Assembly: GCA_951406725.2 (NCBI GenBank)
Contig: OX597815.1
Location: 992,001-1,056,000 of the forward strand
Source: Octopus vulgaris
Taxonomy: Eukaryota
DNA length: 64,000 bases
Reading direction: 5' to 3'
The position numbers and the translations under genes are program-made. The notes beneath the pieces were generated by a model. It was not told the origin of the DNA. It saw only the letters and a list, made by a program, of their open reading frames with translations, and did not search any database. Shown here piece by piece: positions 25,384 to 39,737 of the stretch (its first letter is position 1; every line of letters starts with the position of its first letter).

Positions 25384-26486
25384 TACTGTAGTAGTAGTAG
25401 TAGTAGTAGTAATAGGAGGATGAGTAGTAGTAGTAGTGGTAGTTGTTGTTTTTGTCGCTGCTGAAGCTTTGAGAAGCAAGTTGATTGATATTGGGGAGTG
25501 AGGCTATCTCTGTTAAAGTATTCCATACTTGACCATCCTATGGCACTGTAGATTATGGTAATATTGCGGCAGATAAGCCTACAGAATACCACAGCAAATA
25601 AAGATTGATTTACGAGAGTCAAACATATGGCTTTAACAAAGATTAGTCAGAATTAGCAGCGAAAATAGATTTTGGGAGAAGATGCAGGGGTGGGGATAGG
25701 AACGCTTAGTAATAGCAAGGGGGGGGGGGAGGAGAAGGTGGTTAGTGGATTAAGGAACAATCCAATGCAGGCGAGTTCTAAGGTCATTTGTCACTGGAAA
25801 ACTAATAAAGAAAGAAAAAAAGGAAGCAATGGCAGCAGCAGCAACAACAACAACAACAAACTAGATCCCTTGATATTAGTTGATTTGTGCTGAATGTGCA
25901 AAGAAGATGCCTCTAAAATGAGTTTGTCATTTATGAGGCAAGAAGTTTGTTAGTAAATATATAATATCTATGAATAAATAAACAGCGAATAAATGTTAAA
26001 GAATGAGAGAATGAGAGAATGAGAGAATGTGGTGCAGAGAGAATAAGAAAGAGAATAAAAAGAGGTCAGGCTTTGGGATAGATTATTGATCCAAATATAG
26101 TGTGTGTGGGGGGGGGGGGGGAAGAGAGAGAGAGAGAGAGAGAGAATGGGGTTATCACATGTGATAAATGTATTGAGGTGTAATAGAGTTATCACATGTG
26201 ATAAATGTATTTAGTTAAAATATATTTATTACTCTTAAGAAATAGATTTTTATATTCAGTCCAGTTTGTTACAAGATTCAGACAAAAGGTGAAATCTTTC
26301 TATTTTCTCCAGAAATTAGAAAATTCTTTTTTCTTATTAGAATTTGAGAGAAGAAAGAAAATTTATTTGATTCCAGTGATTCACCCAAATCCATTGGGAA
26401 AAGCGGAGAGATTCAGGTCCCTTGCAAGAAGTTGGCACAAACACTAATGGCAAATGAGTTTGTTTTTTTTTTCTCCATACATATAC

Positions 26487-26742
26487 CGTCATCATCATCG
26501 TCGTCATTGTCGTTGTCATCGTCATCATTATCATCATCATCATAATCGTCGTCATTGTCATCATCATCATCATCATTATCATCGTCATCGTCGTCATTGT
26601 CATCATCACTATCATCATAATCGTCGTCATCATTATCATCGTCATCATCATCGTCGTCATCATCATTGTCATCATTGTCATTATCATCATCACTATCATC
26701 ATCGTCGTCGTCATCGTCATCGGCGTCGTCATCATCATCATC
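26487..26742. repeat. (CAT/CGT)n compound trinucleotide microsatellite
   Basis: Direct reading. Confidence 0.95.
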
Positions 26743-27880
26743 ACGGGCAGCATGACTGGATCCAACAAGCCAGAGGAATGCACCAAGATTCAGTTTCTGC
26801 TTTGACATGGTTCCAACTGGCGAATGCCCTTCCTAATGCCAACCACTTCAGAAAGTGTACTGGCTGCTTTTTACAAGCCCCCTCCCCAAGTGAGGTTACC
26901 AAGTAACTTGCAAGACAAAGACCACTGAACTGAGAGGGGGGGGGAGTATGTTAGAGGGACAAAGCTATGGAGGAGATAGATGAGTACCCTACATCAATAA
27001 GGGTGGGTGGGAGTTGTTGGGAAGGAGATAAGAGGGTAGTGATGGGGGTGGCAAAGCAGTTCATCAAGAAATAAGGAGGGGAGGATAAGAAATAAGGTAG
27101 GGAGAGGAAGAGTGGCAGAAATGGAAGTTAGAGGTGGGTGGAGGTGGGGTCTAATGGGTGGAGAGACAAGAGTGAGGTGGAGGGTATTGATGTCAGACAC
27201 AACAAGGGGACATTGAGAGGGGCTGCCAAATATGAGAGCTGTTTCAGATAAAGTATGGCAGGCCCAAAGACGGAGAGGGAAATAGACAAACATAGTTGAA
27301 GCCACGAAAAGAAGGTAATTGGTGAAAAAGTGATTAAGAAACGATGATAACGAGAATGAGTGACATTTATAGGAAATGGTTCGAAAAAGAAGCAAGAGGT
27401 ACAGAAGTGGGGATGAAATCTGTGTCAGTTCTGTTCTCAAAGAATTACAGCAGCTAAGTAAGTAGTGCCATAGTTAGAAGAGTGAAGGAAGGATGGGTGT
27501 TAGGGGGTTGAGGGGAGACTGGATGTAGGGACAGGACCCACTGGGTACAGGTAGAAACAAAATTCTTTTAACACCTCAGTTTTGCCACAAAAAAAAAAAA
27601 AAAAACAGGTCTTTTCAAACACAATGAACCCCTTGTCATCACAATTTTTTGGTTTTTTCCTCTTTGGGGCTCAGCATCTTGAGATCAGCCCTCATTGTTT
27701 GTCATGAAATGGTCACCAAAGACTGAAATGGTGGAGTCAGCATCAAGCTATGAACACACTTTTGATTCACAGACAACATTTGTGTCCGTCACAGAAATGT
27801 CAGAGTAAATGACAGAGACAGACATTGAGAATAAACAAAATGCACAAATGGGAAACAATGGTGGCAGAAGTAATGAATTC

Positions 27881-28003
27881 GAGGAGACGAAGGAGAGGAA
27901 GGAGACGAAGGAGAGGAAGGAGACGAAGGAGACGAAGGAGAGGAAGGAGAGGAAGGAGACGAAGGAGAGGAAGGAGACGAAGGAGAGGAAGGAGACGAAG
28001 GAG
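27881..28003. repeat. 9-bp purine-rich tandem repeat with two unit types (GGAGACGAA / GGAGAGGAA)
   Basis: Direct reading. Confidence 0.9.
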
Positions 28004-28928
28004 GGCGTCTGAGAGAGAAAGAGTAAATCTATGGCCAGACATTGAAAGCTGAAACCTTGAATGAAGAAGGAAATGAAAGAGATTAGCCTTGATTAAAGAC
28101 AGGTTCAAATGAGAGACGGACGACGAGCTGTTGTGTGTGAATGTCTTCAGTGTTGTCCTCTGGCCTGGAGTGAACAATGCAATCAGAGATTAGAAAAAAA
28201 GGTAAGTTCCACTTGACATTGGATATGTGGAAAGACTCAGAGACAACAGATGCAGCAGTGGTTGAATTGTGTCCAAGAAACTGGGAGAGACCATTCAGAA
28301 AACCTCCAAGACAATGGTATGAAGAAACAGTTTTGGAGCAAATGGAAGAGAAGCACACAATCAATGGAAAAATAGAAGAGCATTGTGACCAGTGATGTAA
28401 AAGAACTTGTGATAATCTGGTTGAAAACACACACAATCTCAGTTACCATGGTTTCAATCTTGCATTTGAAAAGATTTCTTCAAATCAATAAACTCAATTG
28501 TTACTTTCAAACGACATGTGTCATTTCCGTTCCTGCCACACCAGTCAGAAAAATTGATCAATAACACTTAACAAAACACAATCACACATCTTACCTGCCT
28601 GTCTACCTATTGACCTATTTTTACCTATCTACCTAGTTGTTTATTTCTCCTTCTTGTCTTTTATTATTTTTGTAATTCAATGTTTGATAACATCAATGAC
28701 TGGACTAAAATATTCTTTTCTACTCTAGGCACAGGGCCCGAAATTTTTGAGGAGAAGGGCCAGTCGATTAGATTGACCCCAGTATGTAACTGATACTGAA
28801 TTTATCGACCCCAGAACGATGAAAGGCAAAGTCGACCATGGCAGAATTTGAACTCAGAAAGTAAAGACAGATGAAATACCACTAAGCATTTCACCCAGTA
28901 TGCTAACGATTCAGCCACCACGCCACCT

Positions 28929-28961
<33 letters not shown>

Positions 28962-31880
28962 ACACACACGTTTGCATTTGTGTTTGTTTCTCACCACCAC
29001 TTAACAACCAGTGCTGGAGAGTTTACATCCCCATAACTTAGCAGTTCAGCAAAGGAGTCCAACAGAATAAGTACCAGGCTTTTAAAAATTACTGGGGTTA
29101 ATTTCAATGAGTGAATCAAGTAAAAGAAATAAAATACACACACACTGCCTCATATGATAAATGACCAACACCTCTGACAATATGGCCATGATTGAGTCGA
29201 AGACTTATGAAGCCAAGTAAAATTGTTGTAACGGTAGATCCTGGGGTCACACAACTTGTATGTATAACAACTCATTACCCTCTTGGAGCAGTTGGTGTTC
29301 GGAAGGGCATCCAGACACAGAAACCCTGCCAAATCAGACTGGGCTCTGGTGCAGCCCTTCAGCTCTCCAAACCTGGTCAGACCATCCAACCCATGCCAGC
29401 ATGGACAACGGACATTAAATGATGATGATGATGATATATATATATTAAATATCCTATTTCTTTATTGCCCACAAGGGGCTAAACATAGAGGGGACAAACG
29501 GATTAAGTCGATTATATCGATCCCAGTGCGTAACTGGTACTTAATTTATCGACCCCGAAAGGATGAAAGGCAAAGTCGACCTCGGCGGAATTTGAACTCA
29601 GAACGTAGCGGCAGACAAAATACTGCAAAGCATTTTGCCCAGCGTTTTAATGGTTCTGCCATCATGGCTGATCTTATTTATTGGTTTCGCGTAAAGAATC
29701 CAAAGGAGAGTTAGGCAACAAACTGATTATATAAGTTTACTCTCCTAAATGAGGGAGGAGAGCAGTCGCCATATTCCGTTCCACATCAGTGAATTCTGAC
29801 GAGCACAAAAGATATATAATCAGTCATCAGAGTTGGCCAGCATGGGAAGGAATATGGCAACTGCTCTCTTCCCTGATTTATATTCTTTTAGACGACTCAT
29901 GAACGTATAAATATTATAACCATGGGCTGACTGAAGACTTATGATGGAGTTTGGTAGGTGGAAGTTTCTGTTGTGTGTGTACAAGTGCTTCTGCCTCCTA
30001 ACAGAGAGGATGGGGGTGGGCGAGAGTATATACATACATACATATAAACACACATATAAACACACATATATTTGTGTGTGTGATGATAGAAATTTTGTTG
30101 GCCTCAGGGCACCTCCAAGGGTCTGATATCACAGATGGTTTAGCTTAATTAGCACCACAGACATCAAAACAGTGTCTGTGTGGAGATAAGAATCCCACAA
30201 CACACCCACATCATCACGCCACCGCCACCACCGCCACCACCACCATTTATGTAACCCCAATAAGACTGAAATAATTTAATGTAAACATTTCAAATAGCTC
30301 CAGCATCCGTTTTTTTAGAAAGTCGACACAAAACCATATTTACACTGATTATATATATCTCTTGTTAACATTTAAACCAGTTTCATTTGGTTCCATGCAG
30401 CTTAAAGTTTTGCAGACTTTCAAGAGAAACGCAAGCTCATTCGGACTTGGTCTGCTGAATCTGGAGGAGCTGGGTTTCTGGGAAACTTTAAGAAGCATGG
30501 AACCAAATCAAACTGCTTTAAATAATAATAATAATCATCATCATCATCGTTTAATGTCTGCTTTCCATGCTGGCATGGGTTGGACGATTTGACTGAGGGC
30601 TGGCGAACCAGATGGCTGCACCAGACTCCAATCTTGATCCAGCAGAGTTTCTACAGCTGGATGCCCTTCCTAATGCCAACCACTCCAAGAGTGTAGTGGG
30701 TGCTTTTTACGTGCCATTGGCACGAGGGCCAGTCTGGCAGTACTGGCAGTGACCTCGCTCAGAAATGGTGTTTTTTATGTGCCACCTACACAGGAGCCAG
30801 TCCAGCGGCACTGGCAACGACCTCGCTCAAATGTTTTGTTCAAGTGCCAGTTAGGCGATGCTAGTAACGATCACGCTCAAACGGTGCTTTTTACGTGCCA
30901 CCGGCACTGAAGCCAGACAGCTGCTCTGGCAGTGATCCTGCTCAGATGGAGCTGTTAGCGCTCCACTGGCACGGGTGCCAGTCATCAACCCTTACAAAAT
31001 GTGTTGAATGCCTCTTTCTTTTGCTTCTCCACTCCCCTTTTAATATATGTTACCAGCGTCATTGAGGTAAGGAAAAAATTATCAACAACACCACTAATTG
31101 ACACATTTGACACATTGTTAATTAGTATAATAGCTTGGCCTGGAAAAAACATGGATTATATGGAAAAATGCAAGCAAGAGAAATAATATTCTTAAGGTTA
31201 TAAACCTGGAAAATTAGAGGACAAGTTAAAATATTGACACTAGAATGCTTAAAAGATGAGAGCCAGAAGTACGAATATAGCTAAAGTTTTATGCAAAGTA
31301 GAATAGTATATATGGTAGGCAAATTCATTATTTAAAAAATAGGGTCAAGACTAAAAATGTGAAGATTTGGCAATAACTCAAGCAAATTTTACTGTGAAAT
31401 TGTTGTTATAGGAAGATTTTAATATAATATATAACTAATTTTTGTATTATTCTATTTGTTGTACTGACTGATTATATACTAGTATTATCTTTTATACCCT
31501 ATTTTCAAATTTCTAATTATTAATTAATAATAAAAAGAAATGAATTTTTTTAAAGTGCAAAACATATTTTAATTGCATTATTTTTCATTTTTAATAGAAA
31601 TAACAATTAATAACAAATAGAAGTAATAACTTGTAATAAAATTTTTGGTTTTAATAAAAGCTAATATTTTCTAAATCTAATTATTTTATTTGAAATTTTA
31701 TCCTCAGCTGCAAATATTTTAAGTAAAAATGTTCTTCTTCTGTATTTTACTGTAATTTTCCAGGTTTATAATCTTATGAATATTATTTCTTTTGCTTGCA
31801 TTTTTCCATGTACACTCATGTATGATATATATATGTGTGGGTGTGTGTGTGTGTGTGTGGGGGTGTGAGTGGGTGTGTGT

Positions 31881-32151
31881 ACAGACACATACAGTGTTTC
31901 TTCACTATTTATGTTTTTTTTATATTTATATTTTATTCAATTTGATTGCCACAAATAACTGGGTGACATGTTTTCTTAAGGTTCTGCAACAAGCCTTCTC
32001 TTTCTCTCACCCCCTTCTCTCTCTCTCTCTCTCTCTCTCTTTGCAGAACCTTAAGAAAACATGTCACCCAATTATTTGTGGCGATTAAATTGAATAAAAT
32101 ATAAATACAGAAAAACATTGTAAATAGTGAAGAAACACTATATGTGTCTGT
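31881..32151. repeat. Inverted repeat (about 110-bp arms) around a (CT)n-rich loop
   Basis: 31881-31989 vs 32041-32151. Confidence 0.95.
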
Positions 32152-33590
32152 GTGTATATAACATATATATATACATGGTGGCTTCCCCCTCGTTATCGAG
32201 TATGGCCATTGCACGAAGCTTAATCAATGTTGTTATCATGCAATGCCTGTGCAAGAAGATTTTTTTGTAAAGTGAGGAAAGGCTGTGCACTGAGTCAATC
32301 CCACTCACTAAGCAACAGCAGCCATAATCAACATCATCAGTAACCACTGAGCCTCAGGTTTTATGTCGGAGTTATCCCAGTTACCTGAGTTACCTTCTCC
32401 AAGAGGGATGCCCTAACAAAGGTTAGGAGTCCTTCACCCCCAATGGTTTAACCGCGCGATCGAGTATTCAGTCCGATTATTTCTATGTCCCTGCGCATGA
32501 TACAGCCTTAAGACATTTATTGGATGGCCGTTGACTCTCAAGAGTTCCTCCGCCCTTTGACGGGTTTTGTATTTCATTCCTCAGGGTGTCCAATAAACAC
32601 CCTCCTCACCAAGCAAGCTTGGTGGGGTTGCCGGTTAAGTCGCCGACGACCCGACCATGCAACAGGTTGTACTGGGTTACATGTTACCAGTAGCACTTGA
32701 AAGTGACCTGACATTATATATATATATATATATATATACACAAACACACATGCATGGGTTGGACGATTTGAGTTTTGAGTGAGGACTGGCGAACCAGATG
32801 AAGCCTGGTGCAGCCATCTGGTTCGCCAGTCCTCAGTCAAATCGTCCAACCCATGCCAGCATAGAAAGCTGATGACACACATGTATATATACATGCAGAC
32901 ATGTGTCTGTGTATCACCATAAGTGTATAAAAGCTTGAGTGTATGAAAGACAGCGAATTCTATGGAGAGAAGTTAAAAAAGGAAAACATTTTGGAAAATC
33001 TACTTTTGTGTAGGTATGGTGGTGTGTATGGATGGATGATAAGAGAAATGGAGGAGAAGAGGGTGGAATGGGTGGGTGGGGAACGGTTGTGAAGGAAGAA
33101 ATATGTCAAGGAAGAAGGGAACAATTGGGAATAAATATGAAGGAAAATGGAAAAGAAACATTCAATAATCTCTGCAGAAGGGAAGGAAAATGAAGGAAGT
33201 GTGTGGTCAAGATGCTTGCTTGCTGACCACTCCAGTCCCACACAGTGGCACCTTGGGGATTTATCTTCTACTAAAGACTCAAGTCAAACAAATGGAAACT
33301 GTAAGAAGCCTGTCATATATGTGCATGCATGTGTGTGCGTGTGTGTTTGTCTCTCCTAGTCTTGACCTCCTGCCATTGAGTAAAAAGGTTTCCCAAAAGA
33401 AGACATGGCTGGCCAAGAGGACGACGTTATTTGGCTTGGAAACAAGTGAGGGTTGGTGACAGGGAAGGCACCCAGCTGAGGGTCGTCTGCCTCAGGGAAT
33501 TCCCTCTAATCCAAGCAGGTACAGGTAAGTAGATAAGTGGATGTTAAAATGATGATAACAAATGTGTATAAATACACACACACACACACG

Positions 33591-33785
33591 AGGTACTATT
33601 TAAGAAGAGTGGACCCGGTGCGTGCACTCGCGCAAGCTAGTCGAGACTAGTCGATCCTACGACTACCTAGCAAAATAAATAAAACACAAAAACTCAAAGT
33701 GAGGCTCGACTAGTCACGACGAGCTAGCGCGGATGCGCGAGTACGCGAGTGCGCGCACCGGGACCACTCTTCTTAAGTAGTACCT
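33591..33785. mobile_element. CpG-rich MITE with about 42-bp TIRs
   Basis: AGGTACTATTTAAGAAGAGTGGACCCGGTGCGTGCACTCGCG / CGCGAGTGCGCGCACCGGGACCACTCTTCTTAAGTAGTACCT. Confidence 0.75.
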
Positions 33786-34505
33786 ATATATGATGGCTTT
33801 TTTTAAAGTTTCCATTACCAAATTCACTGACAAAGCAGTGGTCGGCATTCCCAATGTGCTGTTCCAGGGGACAGATGCAGAGCAAACCCGTTAACTCACA
33901 GCCAGGGCCCCGAGTGTGCGTGTGGGGTACTGGAAGGACCCTGTGTCAGAGGGAGAATACTTTCTCAAAGGGACGTAACTCTGGTCAATTTAGCCATTCA
34001 ATAAAATTCTTTCCATCACAGGCCCAACGCCTGAAGTTTTGAGAGACGGGGGATGGGACAAATCGATTACTTTGATCCCAGAGCTCCACAGGGTCTCGAA
34101 GATGATAAAAGGCAAAGTTAACCTCAGCGGAATTTGAACTCAAAACTCAGAAATGCTGATGATTCTGCCAGGTTGCTGAGGTGAGTGGAAACGTGAAAGA
34201 CGATGCTCCAGCATGACCAAAGTTCAGGAACTGAAACTCGTTTTAAAGGGAGAGAGATAGCAAGTTTTTACAGATGAACGTGTGTGTACATATACAATTT
34301 GTGTATACATGTGTCCTGTATGTATGTATATATATATATATGTGTGTGTATATAATGTGGTCGTCGGTTATCGCCAGTGAAGAAGTGCGTGTGTGCACAC
34401 ACAACCGGTCTACTAAACATTTAACCTGCTTAACTAAAGGGAGGTAACTATGAATGACTTTAACAAAGTTGTTGTTGTTGTTACTACTACTACTATTACA
34501 ATAAA

Positions 34506-34549
<44 letters not shown>

Positions 34550-35707
34550 TCAACATTAAATTCAACAAAATCTAAAACATTTCCTAATTGCGTCATAGTT
34601 TCAGTTTTCTTTGAAAAAAAAAAATGTTTATTTTTCGTCCTTCTTGGTTTTAGTGGATTATTTCACTTTGATTAAACAGTTAATTTTGAGCTAGTTTCAG
34701 CCAAAGTATACCTAGGACTATAGCACAAATATATCCATTTTTTTTTTTTTAAAAACACATTGTAAGGTGTAACTGCATGGGGTGTTTGACAGCTATTTCT
34801 AACAGGGTGAGTGACCGCATAGAGGCACCCTTTTTTGTTTGTTTCTCTGAAGCCAAATATCTTGTCTGGTTGTGGAATCAATTCCATCCAACAAACACAC
34901 GAGAAATCATGATCAAAGACCCAATTCAGTTTATATCACTTGTTCCCTACACACGTTTCACCATTGTGGCTATTTGCTTCCTCTGCAGCGGAATTTCCCA
35001 AATTGCATTTGGATTCTGAACCACAACAGATCAATGGTGGCACATTATATTGCATTATTTAACAGATCAAAGGAGATCAAAGGAGACCAGTATTTGTCTC
35101 TCTTTAACATAATTATGCCTCAAAGTTATTAGTAAATGTCTGACATTTAACTAATTAATGACTGAGAAATATTTGACTGAATAAGGAGGAGGGGGGAATC
35201 AAAAGAGTGGTCATGTGACTTTTTAGGGGTCACAAACAGCTGCTTTTCTGGTTGTGTTTGTTGCTCTCTTGAAGAGGTTTCAATCCAAGAAATCAACAGC
35301 CAGTTACTGGAATCACAACTCAAAGACCCCTGCTTGACAAAATCTCCATTGTACCCCTTAAAGTCGGTTTTGTAGCCATCTTGGTACCTTTTCTGGAAAT
35401 CAAGTGCTCAGCTTTAATTCCAAGGTGAGATACGAAGGACGGATACAGGTTCTATGTTTGGTAACATTTCCAGATTATTTAGCATCTCATGTTTCACTGA
35501 GACCGACTGAGGAGGAAGATGAAATTGGGTTTTATTGTCCTCAATACACCACAACAACATTTCTTGGATGAATTAAAGATGAAGATTTAAGTGGGAAGGG
35601 CAACATTTTATTCAGTTTAGCTGTTGGGGGAATGAATAAAATTCTGGATTTAGACGAAGGGAAATGAAGAAAAAATTCCAAGAAAATCAGCAAATACTAT
35701 TTCAAGT

Positions 35708-35927
35708 TTAACTCTTTGGCATTTAAACTAGATCCTGTGTCCAGACAAAATATTCTGTTTTTATGTTCAAAATGGCCAGATCAGGCTTTTCACATCCACC
35801 CCACAATGTCATTATAAAAACAAAACAATCACATCTCAAAGCTATGAGATAATGCATGGTTAATTCCAAACAATGGCAATAATTAAGGAATGCATTTGAC
35901 AGAGTAATCCAAATACTCAAGAGTTAA
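35708..35927. mobile_element. Possible TTAA-flanked (piggyBac-type) MITE
   Basis: TTAACTCTT...AAGAGTTAA ends; related AT-rich segments near 15077-15245, 16000-16150 and 18290-18470. Confidence 0.4.
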
Positions 35928-36489
35928 AATTTTGGAAATATTTTTTCAGATATAAAATTTCAGATTGATAAAACCTGAAATCAGAATGGAAAATAGGAGA
36001 ACCTGATATTGAAATTCAAGTTTTAATCTTCTTTATTTGCTCATTTTAGTGTTTCTGTTGGATTTTAAATTCCAGTTCAAATTTCAGCTTTTCATTTGTA
36101 AAATGAAATCATTCCCCGTCACCACCACCACCACCACCACCACCTCTGCCTGATTTTGATTTATTCCAGATTTTAAGAAATTAATGAACTGAAATGTCCA
36201 CTCATCAATTAAATGTTAATTAAAGCAATCAAGAATTCTAATTCAAATATGCAGCAAAATGCAAAGAGTTTTCTACAGACATGGAATTAGGATTCCTTTC
36301 GAATCCAGTCTTTGAGAAATTTGATATTTTAATGATTGCAGACAAAACTGACAAACATTGCATGCAAAGACTAGGAATTCTTTGAAAGAAGAGGAATTCT
36401 TCCAATGAGATTTTTTCTATTTAGAATGGCAATGGTTGACTTCTTTGAAAGGCAGTACTGAGGGTGTTCTGTTTATTTGGTCACAACAA

Positions 36490-36815
36490 ACTGGCATTCC
36501 ATCAGTGGCGATGGTCAGGGTCCCAGTTGATCCGGTCAACAGAACAGCTTGCTCACGAAATTAATGTGCAAGTGGCTGAGCACTCCACAGACACATGTAC
36601 CCTTAATGTAGTTCTCAGGGAGATTCAGCATGACAGAATGTGACAATTCTGGCCCCCTTGAATTACTGGTACAACTCCTTTTTACCAGTTGAGTGGAGTG
36701 GAGCAATGTGAAGTCAAGTGTCTTGTTCAAGGACACAATGAAACGATGGGAATCAAACTCATGACCCCGTGATTATGAGCTGAACACGCAAACCACTCGG
36801 CCACATGCCTTCGCT
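36490..36815 (-). mobile_element. tRNA-derived SINE family C
   Basis: Homologous to 43025-43271 plus 45949-45975, the copy split by the hAT element; tRNA-like head at the right end. Confidence 0.7.
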
Positions 36816-37039
36816 TCAACCATAACACGTTGAGAGGTCAATGGGTACAAGGATTTTTGGTAAAGAAATCTGTTAAAAGTTGCAGAATTTTAGAATAAAG
36901 AAAGCTAAAGACTGAGAATGAAGAAAATGGCTAAAAATTCAAAAACTGTTTAAGAAGAAGGGAAGAAAAACTCAAAAAATCACCACAAGGTAAAACAGGA
37001 TCACATCAAATCAAGCAAACACATCAGCTTTCTACTTAC

Positions 37040-37049
37040 CTCGGTTCAT
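37040..37049 (-). CDS. Candidate alternative first coding exon (MNR+G)
   Basis: ATG AAC CGA G|GTAAGT: consensus donor, phase 1 compatible with the 13929 exon. Confidence 0.3.
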
Positions 37050-37527
37050 ATTTAACCTGGATTTGGCAACATGGAAGAAACAAGAGAACGGTGAGCATTT
37101 GAGAGGAATTGAGAGACATTTATTGAGGGTCAATATTGGAAGGAAGACAGGAAACAAAATTGACATTAAGGGACTTCTGTTTCAATATCAAATATTACGA
37201 TATTGGAGAGTAAGGAGATGAATAAATATTGGAGAGTTAGGAGTAATATCCAAGAACTGCAGCCAAGGAAATGGAGAGTTAGAAGGAATATTCCTTATTT
37301 CACGACAGAAATTTCATTCTTCTCACTTTTACTGGTTTCAGTCATTAGACTGTGGCCATGCTGGGGCACTGCCTTCAAGAATTGTTAGTTGAATTTATCG
37401 ACCCCAGGATTTTTTTTTAAGCCTGGTACTTATTCTGTCGTTCTCTTTTGGCAAACCACTAAGTTACGGGGACATAAGTACACAAGCACCACATGTCAAG
37501 TGGTGATGGGGTACAAGCACACACACA

Positions 37528-37576
<49 letters not shown>

Positions 37577-39737
37577 GGAAATCTTCTTTCAGTTTCCGTC
37601 TACCAAATCCTCTCACAAGGCTTCGGTCAGTCTGAGGTCATAGCAGAAGACACTTGGCCAAGGTGCCACACAGTGGGACTGAGCCTGGAACCATGTGCTT
37701 GGGAAGCAAGCTTCTTACCACACAGCCACGCCTGCACCTCTAATTCCTCTTCATTTATCTTTTATTTGTTTCAGTCATTGGACTGTGCCAATGCTGGAGC
37801 ACTGTCTTGAGGGATTTAGTGGAACAAATCGATCTCAGTACTTATTCTTAAGTGTGGATGTAAACAAAGCAACACCAATTGTCAAGCAGTGGTGGAACAC
37901 ATCCACACCCACAAACAAATACACAGTTTCCACCTCCCAAATACATTCATAAGGCTTTGGACATTTCAGGGCTATTGTAGAAGACACTTGGCCTATGTGC
38001 TGCAGAGTGGGGCTGAACCTGGAACCAGATGCTTACAAAGCAAGCTGCTTAACCACACAGCTGCCATGCCTCGTGCTGCATGATGGCTTACATCATGGGT
38101 GAAGGTCATCTTTTTATACCAAGTCTATAAGAAGCTCATCCATGGGATGATATCTGCAGGACTACATCTGTGGGTCCTGTTTTGGGGACTGCTTCTGTTT
38201 GATCGTATTTGTGGAACCACATTGCAGGGGCCACCTCAGTTGTGGACCAGTTCTGTGGAACCCCAAAAAAAAAAAAAAAAGGATAATTTTACAAATTCCT
38301 AAATAAGAAACTTCCATTAAATTGTTGTTTTGGTCTGAAATCATTTTCTTTGCACAGGTTTTAGAGACTCAGTCAGGATGTCATCATTCTCATTTAATAT
38401 CCATCTTCCATTCCAGGAATGGGTCAGACCATTTAACAGGAGCTGGTAAGCAAGGGTGCATTGAGTCATGTAACCCAAGGTAGACTGTAACCTGGAGAGA
38501 TGTACTCACACAGAATGGACCTGGGGTTAAAACAACTACCCCAATAACCATTCTGTCTAGGAAGAACTAAGGAGCATGGTGCCAGATTTTGGTCAAAGGA
38601 TTTGAAGGAACATAATGGAAGCAATTCTGGATGTTTTACTGCCAGGAATTGCAGAGAAACGGACTGAAATTGGGAACTCTGAAGAAGATTTCAACGACAA
38701 CCAATATGCCCCAGGGTTGGAATTGCTTCAACAACTTTAGAGGAACCTCCCCCCCCGCCATCATGTTTGTGGTGATGATGATGATAATAGAGGTGATGAT
38801 AGTGGTAGAAGTGATGATGATGATGATGATGACGATGATGATGATGATGATGATGATGTGTTGGGTTGTCTCTGACAACTGATATTTTAGCTGCTGGAAG
38901 TTTCGGAATAAATTCATTTTAGAGTTATCCTTCTCTCTCTCTCTCTCTCTCTCTCAGTAGCAAAGTTTGCCTAACAAGTAGGTTAATTAACAGAAACTAA
39001 TAATTGCTGCCACGAACAAGTCAACACTTCTTCACTCATCATCATTCTTTAGTCATAATTTGAACCGAGGTGCGAGGGGAGACAACTCGTGGCTGACAGA
39101 AACAACGCGATGTTAATTAAGAAAATATTTCAGTTTGTCTAAAGTAAATAAATCTGTTGGTGAAGTGAAACCGGTTAATTAGAAGAGATATCTTTCCAAA
39201 GTCAGGAAACATTGAGTACAAATTCTTTTTCGCTTTCCTTTTACATTTATGAGTTTTGTTGTCACATTTTGTTGTTTGTAATTTCTCATTTGCTTCAGTT
39301 AAAAACAAATAGAATCATTTATTTATTTATTCCAGCCAATGGTGGTGGTCGTGGTTGGAGCGAGCAGTATTGAGCCATTCCAAATTAGGTTGCAAAAATA
39401 AATGTCTCAGACCCAATTCCAAGAATATTCACCAATATTTAAATTAATCCACCAAAGACAGCGTTCTGACCATTGTGTCAGGTCAACAGAGGTCAATGTT
39501 TCAACAACAACAACACACACACACTTATTGTTTATTTAGATTCAGATATTAAGTAAACAAATCTATTTGAATTGCATAAAAACAGTTCTGTTTTCTTTGA
39601 TGTTAATCCATCAACTGGATGTAAACAACTCAATAATCTCTAATATTATCTCTGTATTATAATCTCTTTTCTCTCTCTCTCTAACAAAAGCTGATAGAAA
39701 TGTTCCTGGGTAGATTTCTTCAGTCATTCTTAATATA

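Noticed and set aside
26337-26906. Poly-Asp, poly-His and poly-Met ORFs
   Set aside because: Translations of a trinucleotide microsatellite.
26994-27440. 148-aa ORF, or PLE RT remnant (similarly 54290-54508)
   Set aside because: Low-complexity purine-skewed sequence; the resemblance to PLE coding regions is too weak to call without a profile search.
27800-28052. KET/KER- and Arg-rich ORFs
   Set aside because: A 9-bp tandem repeat open in several frames, with no splice or homology support.
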